This document shows, piece by piece, positions 48,552-58,963 of a stretch of DNA of 64,000 nt. This DNA is from Vampirovibrionaceae bacterium NZW_1234 (GTDB taxonomy: Bacteria > Cyanobacteriota > Vampirovibrionia > Vampirovibrionales > JAGQHJ01): positions 64,001 through 128,000 of the forward strand of contig JBGUGD010000016.1 of NCBI GenBank assembly GCA_041697335.1. The letters are read 5' to 3'. Position numbers and translations under genes: made by a program. The first letter of the stretch is position 1. Each line of letters starts with the position of its first letter. The notes below the pieces were generated by a model. The model was not told where the DNA came from. It made no database searches and worked only from the letters and a program-made list of their open reading frames with translations.

Positions 48552-49360
48552 TGCGTCTGCACTCACAACACCTTCGTCTCATGATTGGCCTAAGTATTCT
48601 TTGCTTGATGATCTGTTTACCGCTATTGGTTTCCTATTTAGGCCTGGATCCAACGTTTATTAACCCGGATCTGACAACCAGCCTCCCTTCGCTCAAGCAT
48701 CCTTTTGGAACCGATGAACTGGGCCGAGATATGCTCGCCCGACTGGCCATGGGGGCTCAAATGTCTTTATTTATTGGTTTGGCAACAGCCCTGGTTTCTG
48801 TGGTTATTGGTGCCCTCTATGGGACTATTGCAGCAAGTTTTCATGGGCGTGTCCTTGATACAACTCTCATGCGGCTGATTGACATCGTCTACAGCCTTCC
48901 TGCCTTAATGATTGTTATTCTATTTACGCTCTTTCTGGGTAGAAACACCTGGAGTTTGGTACTGGCTTTGTCACTATTCAGTTGGCCAGATACGGCGCGT
49001 GTTATTCGAGGGCAAGTTATACAGCTTCAGAAAGAAGAATTCATCGAAGCCTATCACAGCCTGGGAGGTGGACAGATTCGTCTGGCTGTAACCCACTATT
49101 TACCAAATCTCTTGGCATTGCTCATCCTGACCACAACAATTACGGTACCCCGAGCAATTCTCACGGAATCCACCCTGAGCTTTGTGGGTTTAGGGGTATC
49201 TCCACCTCAAAGTAGCTGGGGAACAATGATTAATGATGGATGGCAAATGATCCGTATCGCACCACATCTCGTTTTATTGCCCAGTGCCTTTTTATTCCTA
49301 ACCATGATGGCTTTGAATCTCCTGGGAGAAAGCCTAAAAACCCTCGCTCGGGTCCGTTAG
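48551..49360 (+). CDS. oppC: Oligopeptide ABC transporter permease
   Basis: HPFGTDELGRD, ARVIRGQV, ESTLSF-x-GLG and SWG motifs. Confidence 0.88.
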   Translation: MRLHSQHLRLMIGLSILCLMICLPLLVSYLGLDPTFINPDLTTSLPSLKHPFGTDELGRDMLARLAMGAQMSLFIGLATALVSVVIGALYGTIAASFHGRVLDTTLMRLIDIVYSLPALMIVILFTLFLGRNTWSLVLALSLFSWPDTARVIRGQVIQLQKEEFIEAYHSLGGGQIRLAVTHYLPNLLALLILTTTITVPRAILTESTLSFVGLGVSPPQSSWGTMINDGWQMIRIAPHLVLLPSAFLFLTMMALNLLGESLKTLARVR

Positions 49361-49400
49361 CTTCATCTCTCCGAAGCCCGCCCAAATAAACAAAACAGCC

Positions 49401-50939
49401 TTAAGGATGGTATATTTCCTGATTTCGAAGCCATTTTCGGCCCAAAACATAATACAGCGCCATAGCGAAGCCACACCCTCCCATTGCCCAAAGCAAATGG
49501 GCATGCATTCCATAGCGTATGACCCACATCAATGCAATCAAGGCCCCATTGAGAACCGCCAGTAATACCAAATCTTGAATAATGGATCGCGTTAATAATG
49601 GAATGTGAGAATGTCGTTGAAGCCAAACACCACAGAGCAAGGCCGTTACCAGATAGCCAAGTGTATTTGCCGAGGCGGCCCCACTAATCCCCCAATGGGG
49701 AATCAATGCCAAACTGAGACCCAGATTCGTGGCCGCCCCAAGTCCTACAATCATGGCTTTAAAACCCGGTTGATTAATCCCCCCAATAAGCCCGGTTGTA
49801 ATTCGGGCGAAATTGTCGAATAACAACCCTGCCAATAACACACTTAAAGCCACATGACCCTGAACAAACTCATGTCCGAAGAGCCCTAACAGGACATCTG
49901 AAAATCCAATACTCATAACCAATATCGGTGTTACCCAAAAATAAGAACGGCGCAGGGCAGAGCGATAAATCTGGCTCATCAACGTTGCTTCTTGATTGGC
50001 CCAAGCTCGCGAACTACTGGAAAAAACCATATCTTCGTAACTTGTTCCCATCATCAAGACCCTTTCAAATAAGGCATAAGCAAGAGTATAAACTCCAAGC
50101 AGGCTTGGCGATATGTAATAGCCTAAAATCAAGCGATCGGCATGCTGCAAAATACTAATGCTGGCCGTGGCAGGTAACGATTTCAGGCTATAGCGATATA
50201 CCGATGTGAGATCCTGTTTTAACCCATCATAGGACTTTGGGCGCTCAAGCCTTGGGAATAATTTGGGTAAACACCAAGCCAGTATGAGTGCCCCCACAAT
50301 AAACGCACCCACTTGCGCGACAATGCCCGATAGAGGCGCTGCCCCAAACCACCAGACCATGCCCAGCAAAATAACAATTCGAGCCATTCCGCTGGCCATT
50401 TCAGCAATAGCACTGTATTTTACTTCCTGATAGGCTAAAAATGGGACTGCAAACATCCCCATCAAATTATAAACACTATAAAAGCCAATCATATAGACCA
50501 AAAGCAGCGGGATTAACGATGGTTGATGATACACATTCACCAACATCGCCACTGCAAAAAGCCCATACGGAATGGATAAAAGCAACGTGATGCCAGCAGA
50601 TATTGCCGTCACAACCCCAAATAGTCGAATACTTCGCTGATCATGGGCTTGGTAGCGATTCAAAGCTGGAATGAGCGCAAACTGTTCTCCCAAAGTAGAC
50701 AAGGGCCGAAACAACCCCAAAATGCTTGTTAATAAAGAGACAACCCCAATCACAGACGCGCCTAGCAAGTGAGCTGAAGCCATCCAATAGCCAAACCCGG
50801 TAATCAAACTCAAGCCATATCGAATCAGAGAATACAAAACTCCTTTTCGAAACCGATCCGTTTCAACCTGGACTTGTGATCCGGCGTGATGTTCCCCTTG
50901 CTCTGCAGGAACACGTTGCGTGAGAGCGGAAGTTTCCAT
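49401..50939 (-). CDS. Wzx-like oligosaccharide flippase (MOP superfamily)
   Basis: Many TM helices; DRLILG...GVY and LIP-x-WGISGAA patterns. Confidence 0.8.
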   Translation of the reverse strand: METSALTQRVPAEQGEHHAGSQVQVETDRFRKGVLYSLIRYGLSLITGFGYWMASAHLLGASVIGVVSLLTSILGLFRPLSTLGEQFALIPALNRYQAHDQRSIRLFGVVTAISAGITLLLSIPYGLFAVAMLVNVYHQPSLIPLLLVYMIGFYSVYNLMGMFAVPFLAYQEVKYSAIAEMASGMARIVILLGMVWWFGAAPLSGIVAQVGAFIVGALILAWCLPKLFPRLERPKSYDGLKQDLTSVYRYSLKSLPATASISILQHADRLILGYYISPSLLGVYTLAYALFERVLMMGTSYEDMVFSSSSRAWANQEATLMSQIYRSALRRSYFWVTPILVMSIGFSDVLLGLFGHEFVQGHVALSVLLAGLLFDNFARITTGLIGGINQPGFKAMIVGLGAATNLGLSLALIPHWGISGAASANTLGYLVTALLCGVWLQRHSHIPLLTRSIIQDLVLLAVLNGALIALMWVIRYGMHAHLLWAMGGCGFAMALYYVLGRKWLRNQEIYHP

Positions 50940-50953
50940 TCGGGTTCATTCCA

Positions 50954-52888
50954 TCAGCGTTGGCTGACAGCCAAGGTTTCACCCCATAGATCAGGGCGCC
51001 CTTGTCCTGCCAGAAACACGTCATACCATACTTTCAACACATATAAGTTCCATAACGGCTGGGCATGTTTCATCTTTCCAGAGGCCATCCGCTGATAAAG
51101 CCGGTTTACGTAGGGTCGGCTAAACAGCCCAGTCTCCTCAAACAAGGCACTGCTATTCAATTCTTCATAAATCTCAGAGCCCTTCGCCCAAAACCAATCC
51201 AATAAGGGGAGATCAAAGCCCTTTTTAGGTCGATCTACTATCGAATCCGGTAAATATCGCCGGGCATAGCGTCGCAGCAGATATTTACTTTCTCCCTCAG
51301 ACCACTTGAGATCTTCAGGTAGCCCCATGGTCCATGTTACAAGACCCGGATCCAAGAACGGGGCTCTGGCTTCCAACCCATGAGCCATGGAGACTTTATC
51401 CAGACCCAGCAATAAATTATTGGGTAACCAGTGGTCTAGATCATTCCACTGGAGCTGAAGATATTCGTCCCATGGCAATGCTGCCTTTAATTGCATGGCC
51501 TGATCTGATACCAAAGGGGAGTTCGGCAAGAGCAATTGTCGCTCTTGCTCGGGAAAGTTCCAATATGTTTGCCAAATGGCTTGATAATCCTGCCGCTCCA
51601 GAGCCGCTATTAGAAGCTGATACCTGCCCCAACTTAATCCAGACGGCTGCACCTGACTTAAGCCCAAACGGCCTAAGCGACGAAGCCATTGCGGCAACGT
51701 CGCCAACTTCGCCAGATATCGAAATCGCTGATACTTATGATACCCGCCAAAAATTTCATCCGCCCCTTGCCCTGTAATGACAACCTTCAGGTGCTTACAC
51801 GCATAGGCCGAAATACGATCTGTTGCCAAAAGCGATGGATCGGCGATCGGTTCATCCAAATGCCAAACAATTCGGGGCAACTCGTCCAAGGTTTCCGGCC
51901 CGATCTCAATTTCATGGTGGTCTGTTTGAAGCGCTTCGGCTGTTGCACGAGCAAAAACTCGCTCATCCTCACTACGACGACTTTGACGATACCCAACACT
52001 GAAAGTCTGTAAGGGATAGTCCGTATGGTGTTTTGCCATTGCCGTCATCAAGCTTGAGTCTAATCCACCACTCAAAAAGACCCCAACAGGAACATCTGCC
52101 GCTTGAACCCGCAATTGCACCGACCGATACAGTCTTTCATCCAGTTCCGACAAGGCCGTTTCTATACTTAAACCTTGGTTTTTTCGGCGATCGGCCTCAA
52201 TTTTTGCTTGTAATTCTTGACTTTCAACCACTTGTATCTGATTTGTCTCGGCAAACCAATACAATTGATGCCCAGGAGAAAGCTTGAAGATCCCCTCAAA
52301 CATCGTCAAGGGATGAGGTACATATTGTGTAGCCAGGTACCATTGCACGGCTTGCGGGTTTAGGACAGGTCGACCCGGATAAACTGCTAAAAGCGCTTTC
52401 AACTCGGAAGCAAAACAGATGCCACTGTCATTAACGAAATAGTACAATGGTTTTTCACCGATTGGGTCACGAGCTAAGAGCAACCTTTGTCGAACTTCAT
52501 CCCAAAGTGCAAAGGCATACATTCCTTCAAGATGGCCAAACATCTTTTCTCCAAAGGCATCATAGGCCATCAACACAACTTCTGTATCGCTTTTTGTGCG
52601 AAATACCTTGCCTTGATGTTCTAATTTGTGTCTTAAATCCCTGAAATTATAGATTTCACCGTTCAGTACCAGAACCAGAGGCTTTTCTGGGTGACACATT
52701 GGTTGCTGACCCGATGCCAGGTCGATAATACTCAATCGCTGATGACCAAAACCACCATTTGAAAAAATGCTCTTACCAGTTTCATCAGGTCCTCGGTGAC
52801 GCACACTGTGGAGCATCTGATCCAAAAGGCGATGTGCCTCCCCAGATGCGGTCGGTTTTGCACGAAAGAAGCCAACAATGCCACACAT
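50954..52888 (-). CDS. asnB: Asparagine synthase (glutamine-hydrolysing) family amidotransferase
   Basis: MCGI, HRGPD, RLSIID, NGEIYN, LSGGLDSS, GADE and RAPFLD motifs. Confidence 0.92.
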   Translation of the reverse strand: MCGIVGFFRAKPTASGEAHRLLDQMLHSVRHRGPDETGKSIFSNGGFGHQRLSIIDLASGQQPMCHPEKPLVLVLNGEIYNFRDLRHKLEHQGKVFRTKSDTEVVLMAYDAFGEKMFGHLEGMYAFALWDEVRQRLLLARDPIGEKPLYYFVNDSGICFASELKALLAVYPGRPVLNPQAVQWYLATQYVPHPLTMFEGIFKLSPGHQLYWFAETNQIQVVESQELQAKIEADRRKNQGLSIETALSELDERLYRSVQLRVQAADVPVGVFLSGGLDSSLMTAMAKHHTDYPLQTFSVGYRQSRRSEDERVFARATAEALQTDHHEIEIGPETLDELPRIVWHLDEPIADPSLLATDRISAYACKHLKVVITGQGADEIFGGYHKYQRFRYLAKLATLPQWLRRLGRLGLSQVQPSGLSWGRYQLLIAALERQDYQAIWQTYWNFPEQERQLLLPNSPLVSDQAMQLKAALPWDEYLQLQWNDLDHWLPNNLLLGLDKVSMAHGLEARAPFLDPGLVTWTMGLPEDLKWSEGESKYLLRRYARRYLPDSIVDRPKKGFDLPLLDWFWAKGSEIYEELNSSALFEETGLFSRPYVNRLYQRMASGKMKHAQPLWNLYVLKVWYDVFLAGQGRPDLWGETLAVSQR

Positions 52889-53113
52889 GGCTCTTCATTC
52901 CTGTCCTGTCTCACGGATGATTTCGGTGCCCAAAGCAACCCCATTGAAAGACACGCTAAAACCCTAACACGCAAGGGGTTAGCTGAATCTCATTGTTGTT
53001 TCAGCTTTTTCATCTTCAGCGATTCACGCCAGGAACGTCAACCTCAGTTAGACTAGCCCATTAGGCCAGTGTCCCGATTAAATTATTCTCAATAAGTGCG
53101 CAAAACCAGTAAC

Positions 53114-54169
53114 TTAACTGACAAGCATCTCATCAAGTTGCAAGTCCATTTCGTTCAGACCAGACATCAGACTGCCTTCAACCGACTCATAAATCAATTC
53201 AATGCGACGCAATTTTTCTTCTTCGGCCTCGGCCACTTTCTGGGCTCGATGCTTTTTCAGCTGCCGTAATTTTAAGCGATAACGCCGTTCCAACTCTTCC
53301 AGTTGTTTGCGATACGCTTCTTCTACCGGCTGAATCTTCAGATAGCCCAAGTGAATCTTTTCCTGCTTGGCCAAGACTTGTGACAAGGCATCTTGTTCCC
53401 CAAGGTAAAAGTCAATAACCAGGGATTTAACAAGCTTCTTCATGGCTGCAACGTCTGTTTCTTTTTGCCCTTTATCTTTTTCCCACTTTTGGCGGGCAGA
53501 CATCATCTGCTTGAGGAGCAATGCTTGAGCCATCGGCGGCAGTTGATGGAAATCTCGCTTTAGGGCCGCCGAAAACTCAAGGAACTGGCTTAGAGAAAGT
53601 CCTAACAAGGCTTCATATAAGATTGCCTTGCCTAAGGGCTTCTCTGTTAAGTGGGGGGAAAACAAGATCAGCTTCATCTGCGTATGAGCCGAAATTTGGA
53701 CGGAATTATCCATACCGTTAAAGGCTAAATACGCTTTGAGCAAACTCAGAGCAGACTCTCGGACCAAAGTATCAGAACTTTTCAGCCCTTCAGCCCAGGC
53801 TTTACTCACAATATATTCATTCGGACGCTTTTTAAGATAAAACAGCGATTTTTCAAAAGGACTTTCCGCGTACACTTCTACCTGTTCACGCCAGTACTTC
53901 TGCTCAGGCAGCATAAAGGGATGGCTGGTTCCCGCCACAGGCCCCCGCTGGAAGGGTAACACCGACATGATCCAGTTCTTGACGGACTGAGTTGCGTTTT
54001 CAAAACGCTGCCCCAAAGAAGGCTTTGGAGACGCTGCTTTAGCAATCCCCTCAGTTACAACCGATATGGTTGCTGTCGATGGGAACACTTCAGGCAACAA
54101 GGTCGATGACCCGTCGCCCCGCACAGGAACCCCTATGACTGGTAATTTCGTTGGCCAAGCCAATCTCAT
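53114..54169 (-). CDS. Hypothetical protein with C-terminal coiled coil
   Basis: 351 aa ORF; low-complexity N-terminus and an E/K/R-rich heptad C-terminus. Confidence 0.7.
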   Translation of the reverse strand: MRLAWPTKLPVIGVPVRGDGSSTLLPEVFPSTATISVVTEGIAKAASPKPSLGQRFENATQSVKNWIMSVLPFQRGPVAGTSHPFMLPEQKYWREQVEVYAESPFEKSLFYLKKRPNEYIVSKAWAEGLKSSDTLVRESALSLLKAYLAFNGMDNSVQISAHTQMKLILFSPHLTEKPLGKAILYEALLGLSLSQFLEFSAALKRDFHQLPPMAQALLLKQMMSARQKWEKDKGQKETDVAAMKKLVKSLVIDFYLGEQDALSQVLAKQEKIHLGYLKIQPVEEAYRKQLEELERRYRLKLRQLKKHRAQKVAEAEEEKLRRIELIYESVEGSLMSGLNEMDLQLDEMLVS

Positions 54170-54613
54170 CGAATTATTAACTCTTTATCCTTTGTTGTTC
54201 CACTCGTGTGTAGGACACACTCTATCACCTTGGATTTAACTCGACAACGATAATACCTGATGGAGGCGTAACTTTCTCGGATACACTCGACCAGAGCGCC
54301 ATGGGCCGCTAAGTACCTCTTTATCATGCGATCAAGACTCGTAGCCATATGTCTTTTAATGAATAACAATCAAACACTCTCATATACAAAAGGCCTTTGA
54401 AGGTTATTCACTACAGGATGCAATATTACTTAGCCTTTACCTGCTCATCCGACTTACAGCCTCAATCCTGAAATGCATCCCTACTTCAAACAGGCAGACA
54501 TTGCAAAAAGACATTTATTATGATAAAAACAAACTTTGATACACTAGAGCGTTTCCAACCCTTGTTAGCGGCCATCTAGGGTGAGGAAGATACTTATAGG
54601 GAAGAGGTGGGAT

Positions 54614-55195
54614 GTGAAAACAAACCATATTTTATTCACCAGTAACACGAAGCATACAAAACCCGTCCATAGCAACTTTCGGATTGCAGCGCCACTGATG
54701 AAACTGATTGAACGCCCAAAACATTTTCATGACATTGAGATTCGGGGCGAGTTTGCCAAGAAATGGGCTGATAATCCCCAAGGCGCCATCGTAACTTTAG
54801 CCGATATATTGGCAAAAGCAAGCATAGCCTTGGACACAAAACCGACTCTCTCGAAAATCACCACTCAAGAAACAACAGATAAAATGCACCGCTACTTACA
54901 ATTCTTCCGTCGTGAAAATTTCTGGGACCCTCGCCCCGAAGAGCGTACCCGATTGATCTCAAGAATCTTAGACGAATTTCGAGGGCAAACCCGTCGAGAC
55001 CCGAATAGCCAATCTCAGGCTCAGGCTTTAAACTTGCCCGCCTCAGAAGGCGCTTGGCGAGGGCTGATCACGTTAATCCGAGACAGAGCCAAGCAACCGG
55101 TCTTAGACATACTTGAACAAATGAATGCGCTTGTTCCCATATCCTCACAACACCCCAAACCCATTCTTCACAAACCTCCTGAATTTTTAGACTGA
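54614..55195 (+). CDS. Hypothetical protein
   Basis: GTG start after GAGGTGGG; about 193 aa. Confidence 0.65.
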   Translation: MKTNHILFTSNTKHTKPVHSNFRIAAPLMKLIERPKHFHDIEIRGEFAKKWADNPQGAIVTLADILAKASIALDTKPTLSKITTQETTDKMHRYLQFFRRENFWDPRPEERTRLISRILDEFRGQTRRDPNSQSQAQALNLPASEGAWRGLITLIRDRAKQPVLDILEQMNALVPISSQHPKPILHKPPEFLD

Positions 55196-55283
55196 TACAT
55201 GGTTCATTTACAGGACGTGACAAGAGGCTGAATCCGATTACACTAAAGCTATAGATTGGGATTCAATTCAATCGGAGTCAAGT

Positions 55284-56069
55284 ATGACCATGTCGTTTCG
55301 CACATTCCGAACGGTTGTGTTATTGCTTCTTATCGGCTTTCTCCTGCCCATAAGCTTGGCAAGCGATGATTTTCAAGGTATCCAAGAGCTCCCTGACTAT
55401 CCTGTCTATCCAACAGGGCAACCTGCCCCTGGAACCTTTTATCCCATGCCTGGACAGCCCAACTATCCAACACCCTACACCACAATGTACGCACCCTATC
55501 CACCCCCAGCACCGACACAAGCCCCATTGGCCCAAGAGCCCCCTAAGCCGTGGTACAAAAAGCTATTGAGCCCTGTTTCCAAGAAAGCCAATCTACCCAT
55601 CAAACAGGTTCAACCGGTACCCAAGGATAAACCCAAAGAAACCTTAGCCTTGAAAGACCCGATTATTCGGCTGGCAAAAGGCATACGGTATAATCACCAA
55701 AGCCTTCCTCCAGGAATTTACCTGCTTCGTCTCATTGAGAGCAATAATGATACAGAGGCAAGCTTAGTCATACAACGCCAACAACACCCCATGCTTACCG
55801 TCCCAATCGGATCCCGCACCGGAAATACCATGGAAAAAGCTGATCCAAAAGCCCAGTCGCTTCCACCAGCTCCTGATATTACTAGTAAAGCCAGCGAGAA
55901 GGGCAAAGCCCAACACAGTACTTCTATACAAGAGACCAAGACACCCCCGGAAGCAGAAGGGTGGGTGGAACTTTCAGAAGATGGCCAAAGCGTCAAATTG
56001 GTGTATAAAGCCCCCAAAATAGTTTATACATCAGTTCCACTTCTAGTTGATGGCCCTTGGCAACCTTAA
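55284..56069 (+). CDS. Exported Pro-rich hypothetical protein
   Basis: Sec signal ending SLA-S; P/Y/Q-rich N-terminal segment; LPPGIYLL beta-type motif. Confidence 0.7.
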   Translation: MTMSFRTFRTVVLLLLIGFLLPISLASDDFQGIQELPDYPVYPTGQPAPGTFYPMPGQPNYPTPYTTMYAPYPPPAPTQAPLAQEPPKPWYKKLLSPVSKKANLPIKQVQPVPKDKPKETLALKDPIIRLAKGIRYNHQSLPPGIYLLRLIESNNDTEASLVIQRQQHPMLTVPIGSRTGNTMEKADPKAQSLPPAPDITSKASEKGKAQHSTSIQETKTPPEAEGWVELSEDGQSVKLVYKAPKIVYTSVPLLVDGPWQP

Positions 56070-56089
56070 AATAACCTGCCAAAGAGAAA

Positions 56090-57289
56090 CTAATACTGCT
56101 CAACCTGACGTTTAAGCAAAAGCTGTTCACAAATTCGATACGCTTGAACCTGAATTGCAACTATTTCAGGAGTTTCTGGCATCAACATCAGGGCCTTCAG
56201 TAACGGAACTGCTTCCTCTAAGGCTAATATATCAATTGCCTTCAGGTATTTGGCCGTGATGCCATTAAGCACCATTTCGGATAACAGCTTTTCCCGACCC
56301 CACATATACGCTCCAAAGGACGCCATCGTGATGGCCATCTCCCCATTAACTGCACGATTCAACAAGGCTGTTGGGGTTTCCAAAGGAAACAACGCCTCAA
56401 TTAACGGGACAGCCTTACGTAAACGACGCTTACGGACTTGCTTAACAGCCTCGATAATAACCAGAGGGGTCCCTCGGTAATCAGGAGAGAGACACGTCAA
56501 GTAAAATTGATCCACCTCGGGATAATCAAATTTCGCAAGCGCCTTCATAACGGCTCGAAGATACTCTGGGTATTCACGAGCGAAAGAAATCAAGGGTTTT
56601 ATAACACGATAACGCCCAATTTGTCCTAGCAGAGCAATGATTCGATAATTATGATCTGCCATTCTTGCGGGAAAGCAATTGAGAACCAAATCGGTCACTT
56701 CATTCCGGTACTGCTCAAGTCGGCGTAGAGCCTCCAGAACAATATCCTCCTGGACATTGCCCTGAATAAAACGGTTTAGCAGCGTATGGATCGCAAAAAT
56801 ACGCTCTTGAGGTGATTCACTGTAATCCAATTCCGATAACCATGTGAGTGCCTCATGGACTTGCTCCTCAGAAGCAACAGCAACCCATTCCGCCAAAGGA
56901 TAAGCCAACCAAGGCTCTTGAAAATGACGGATTTTCGATAGGACCTGACTGCGCCAAGAGCGTGGCAATCGGTTGTGACGGATAAAATCTTCAAATACCC
57001 AGCGAATCACCCACTGCTGAATCCCAGGTTCGGTGGAATGCAGCAATGTCTCCATGCGTTCCAAAAATGCCCGCAGTGCCCCTTCAGTAACACCTGAACT
57101 ATTAGCTGCTATAGGCAAGCCATTTTCCAAGAACTGACGAAGCGACTCCTCCAAGCCACCTACATCGGCGGGACGAGCAAACAAGGACTTAACCTGAACC
57201 AGCGCTTTAAGCGGAATAATAATCAAACCCTCTCTAATACAATCTATCCTTGGAACGGGCAACAGTTGCAATACTTGTAGTAAACGCAA
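56090..57289 (-). CDS. HEAT/PBS-lyase-like helical repeat protein (start uncertain)
   Basis: Repeated ALLGQIG...IKPLI, ALAKF and AVPLL units. Confidence 0.65.
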   Translation of the reverse strand: MRLLQVLQLLPVPRIDCIREGLIIIPLKALVQVKSLFARPADVGGLEESLRQFLENGLPIAANSSGVTEGALRAFLERMETLLHSTEPGIQQWVIRWVFEDFIRHNRLPRSWRSQVLSKIRHFQEPWLAYPLAEWVAVASEEQVHEALTWLSELDYSESPQERIFAIHTLLNRFIQGNVQEDIVLEALRRLEQYRNEVTDLVLNCFPARMADHNYRIIALLGQIGRYRVIKPLISFAREYPEYLRAVMKALAKFDYPEVDQFYLTCLSPDYRGTPLVIIEAVKQVRKRRLRKAVPLIEALFPLETPTALLNRAVNGEMAITMASFGAYMWGREKLLSEMVLNGITAKYLKAIDILALEEAVPLLKALMLMPETPEIVAIQVQAYRICEQLLLKRQVEQY

Positions 57290-57498
57290 CCCAAAGAGGG
57301 AAGCACGAACTCCTAATAGTGTATCGGGTTACTCCAGATTCTCAAACGCTGCGCAGCTAAAGCGATAAAAATATTTACAATTGGTCGTCTTTCGCCCAAA
57401 ATACGGGTATCATAACTTCGTGTTCTAGACACACTCATTCATCGTTTGTTCTGTTTGTCTTTTTTTCTTGTCATCGTTGAAAGTAGAAGGAATCGTTC

Positions 57499-58869
57499 AT
57501 GTCGATTACAACAGATTTGCCGCTTCATCGCAATGCGCCGACCCCAACGGTTGACGACATTATGAAAGAAGCCAAAGCCCAAGATGTTAAATTGGTACGC
57601 CTACAGTTTGTGGACGTTCATGGCCAACCTAAAAACATGTCTATCCACATTACCCAGTTGGAGAAAGTTCTGAACAACGAGATCATGCTGGATGGCTCTT
57701 CTATTGCCGGCTTTCGAACTATCGAAACCTCGGATATGTATTTTTACCCAGACTTAACGACCTTTAAAGTCTTGCCTTGGATGGAAGGCAATCGAAGAGT
57801 GGCCCGTCTCATTTGTGACATCCACAACCCGGACGGCACCCCCTTTGAAGGCTGCCCTCGGAACAACTTAAAACGCGTGCTTCGCCAAGTTGAAGAACAA
57901 GGCTATGTCTACAACGTTGGGCCGGAGCTGGAATTTTTCCTCTTTAAGAAACACCCTGATGGCACCATTTCGCCAGAAACCCATGACTCTGCAGGCTACT
58001 ATGACTTGGGTCCCGATGATATGGGTGAAGTCGTTAGGGGTGAAATTGTTGACACACTGGAACGCCTGGGCTTTGAAATGGAAGCTGATCACCATGAAGT
58101 GTCCCAGGGCCAGCATGAGATTGACTTTAAGTATGCCGATGCTCTGCGTACGGCAGATAACGTAACGACCGTCAAAATCATTACCCGCCTTATTGCTGCT
58201 CAGCACGGCCTGCATGCGACCTTTATGCCCAAGCCCGTCTTTGGTATCAATGGTTCTGGGATGCACGTGAACCAGTCTTTGGGTGATAAAAACGGGAACA
58301 ATGTCTTTACCAGTGAAGACGGCCAATACAAGCTGTCTCAAGAAGCATTATGGTTTATTGGCGGTATACTAAAACACATTCGTGGTATTACTGCTGTTTG
58401 TAACCCTCTGGTCAATAGCTATAAACGCCTGGTGCCGGGTTATGAAGCTCCTGTTTATGTTGCTTGGTCTCCGTCCAACCGCAGCGCCCTGCTTCGGGTT
58501 CCTGCAAAACGAGGTAAATCCACCCGGATTGAGCTTCGCTCACCTGATCCGTCAGCCAATCCCTACATGGCCTTTGCCGTTATGGTAATGGCTGGCTTGG
58601 ACGGGATCAAAAATAAAATTGATCCCCCCGCCCCTGCAGATGTTAATATCTACAAACTCACGGCAGAAGAGCGAGCCCAAATGGGTATACCTGCGTTGCC
58701 CGGAAGCTTGTATGAAGCCTTAGAGGAACTCAAGAAAAGTGAAATTGCCAAAGCTGCTTTGGGAGATCACATTTACAGCGAGTTCTTACGTACAAAAGAA
58801 CGGGAATGGGATGAGTTTCGCATCAACGTTTCACCTTGGGAAACGGAGCGTTACCTCAGCCGCTACTAA
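57499..58869 (+). CDS. glnA: Glutamine synthetase type I
   Basis: DGSSI, GPELEFFLF, HHEV, FMPKP, NGSGMH, SYKRLVPGYEAP and RIELRSPD motifs. Confidence 0.97.
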   Translation: MSITTDLPLHRNAPTPTVDDIMKEAKAQDVKLVRLQFVDVHGQPKNMSIHITQLEKVLNNEIMLDGSSIAGFRTIETSDMYFYPDLTTFKVLPWMEGNRRVARLICDIHNPDGTPFEGCPRNNLKRVLRQVEEQGYVYNVGPELEFFLFKKHPDGTISPETHDSAGYYDLGPDDMGEVVRGEIVDTLERLGFEMEADHHEVSQGQHEIDFKYADALRTADNVTTVKIITRLIAAQHGLHATFMPKPVFGINGSGMHVNQSLGDKNGNNVFTSEDGQYKLSQEALWFIGGILKHIRGITAVCNPLVNSYKRLVPGYEAPVYVAWSPSNRSALLRVPAKRGKSTRIELRSPDPSANPYMAFAVMVMAGLDGIKNKIDPPAPADVNIYKLTAEERAQMGIPALPGSLYEALEELKKSEIAKAALGDHIYSEFLRTKEREWDEFRINVSPWETERYLSRY

Positions 58870-58877
58870 AACCCTTT

Positions 58878-58914
58878 GCCCCTCGGTGCCCTATGGTACC
58901 GAGGGGCCATTTTT
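58878..58914 (+). terminator. Intrinsic terminator after glnA
   Basis: GCCCCTCGGTGCC-CTAT-GGTACCGAGGGGC followed by ATTTTT. Confidence 0.8.
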
Positions 58915-58963
58915 CAGTGTATTCGCATAAAAACGACCATTTAAGCACAGACATGGGGGTTTA

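Noticed and set aside
47622..49360. oppBC without adjacent binding-protein or ATPase genes
   Set aside because: Dispersed ABC transporter components are common, so this is not informative by itself.
57319..57332. GTG-N8-TAC NtcA-like site upstream of glnA
   Set aside because: It is a short degenerate match with no TAN3T -10 element at the expected spacing, and the presence of NtcA is unknown.
57440..57498. Fragments resembling the glnA glutamine riboswitch (ATCGTT...AAGTA...GAAGGAA)
   Set aside because: The P2/P3 stems are absent and the purine-rich part is simply the RBS.
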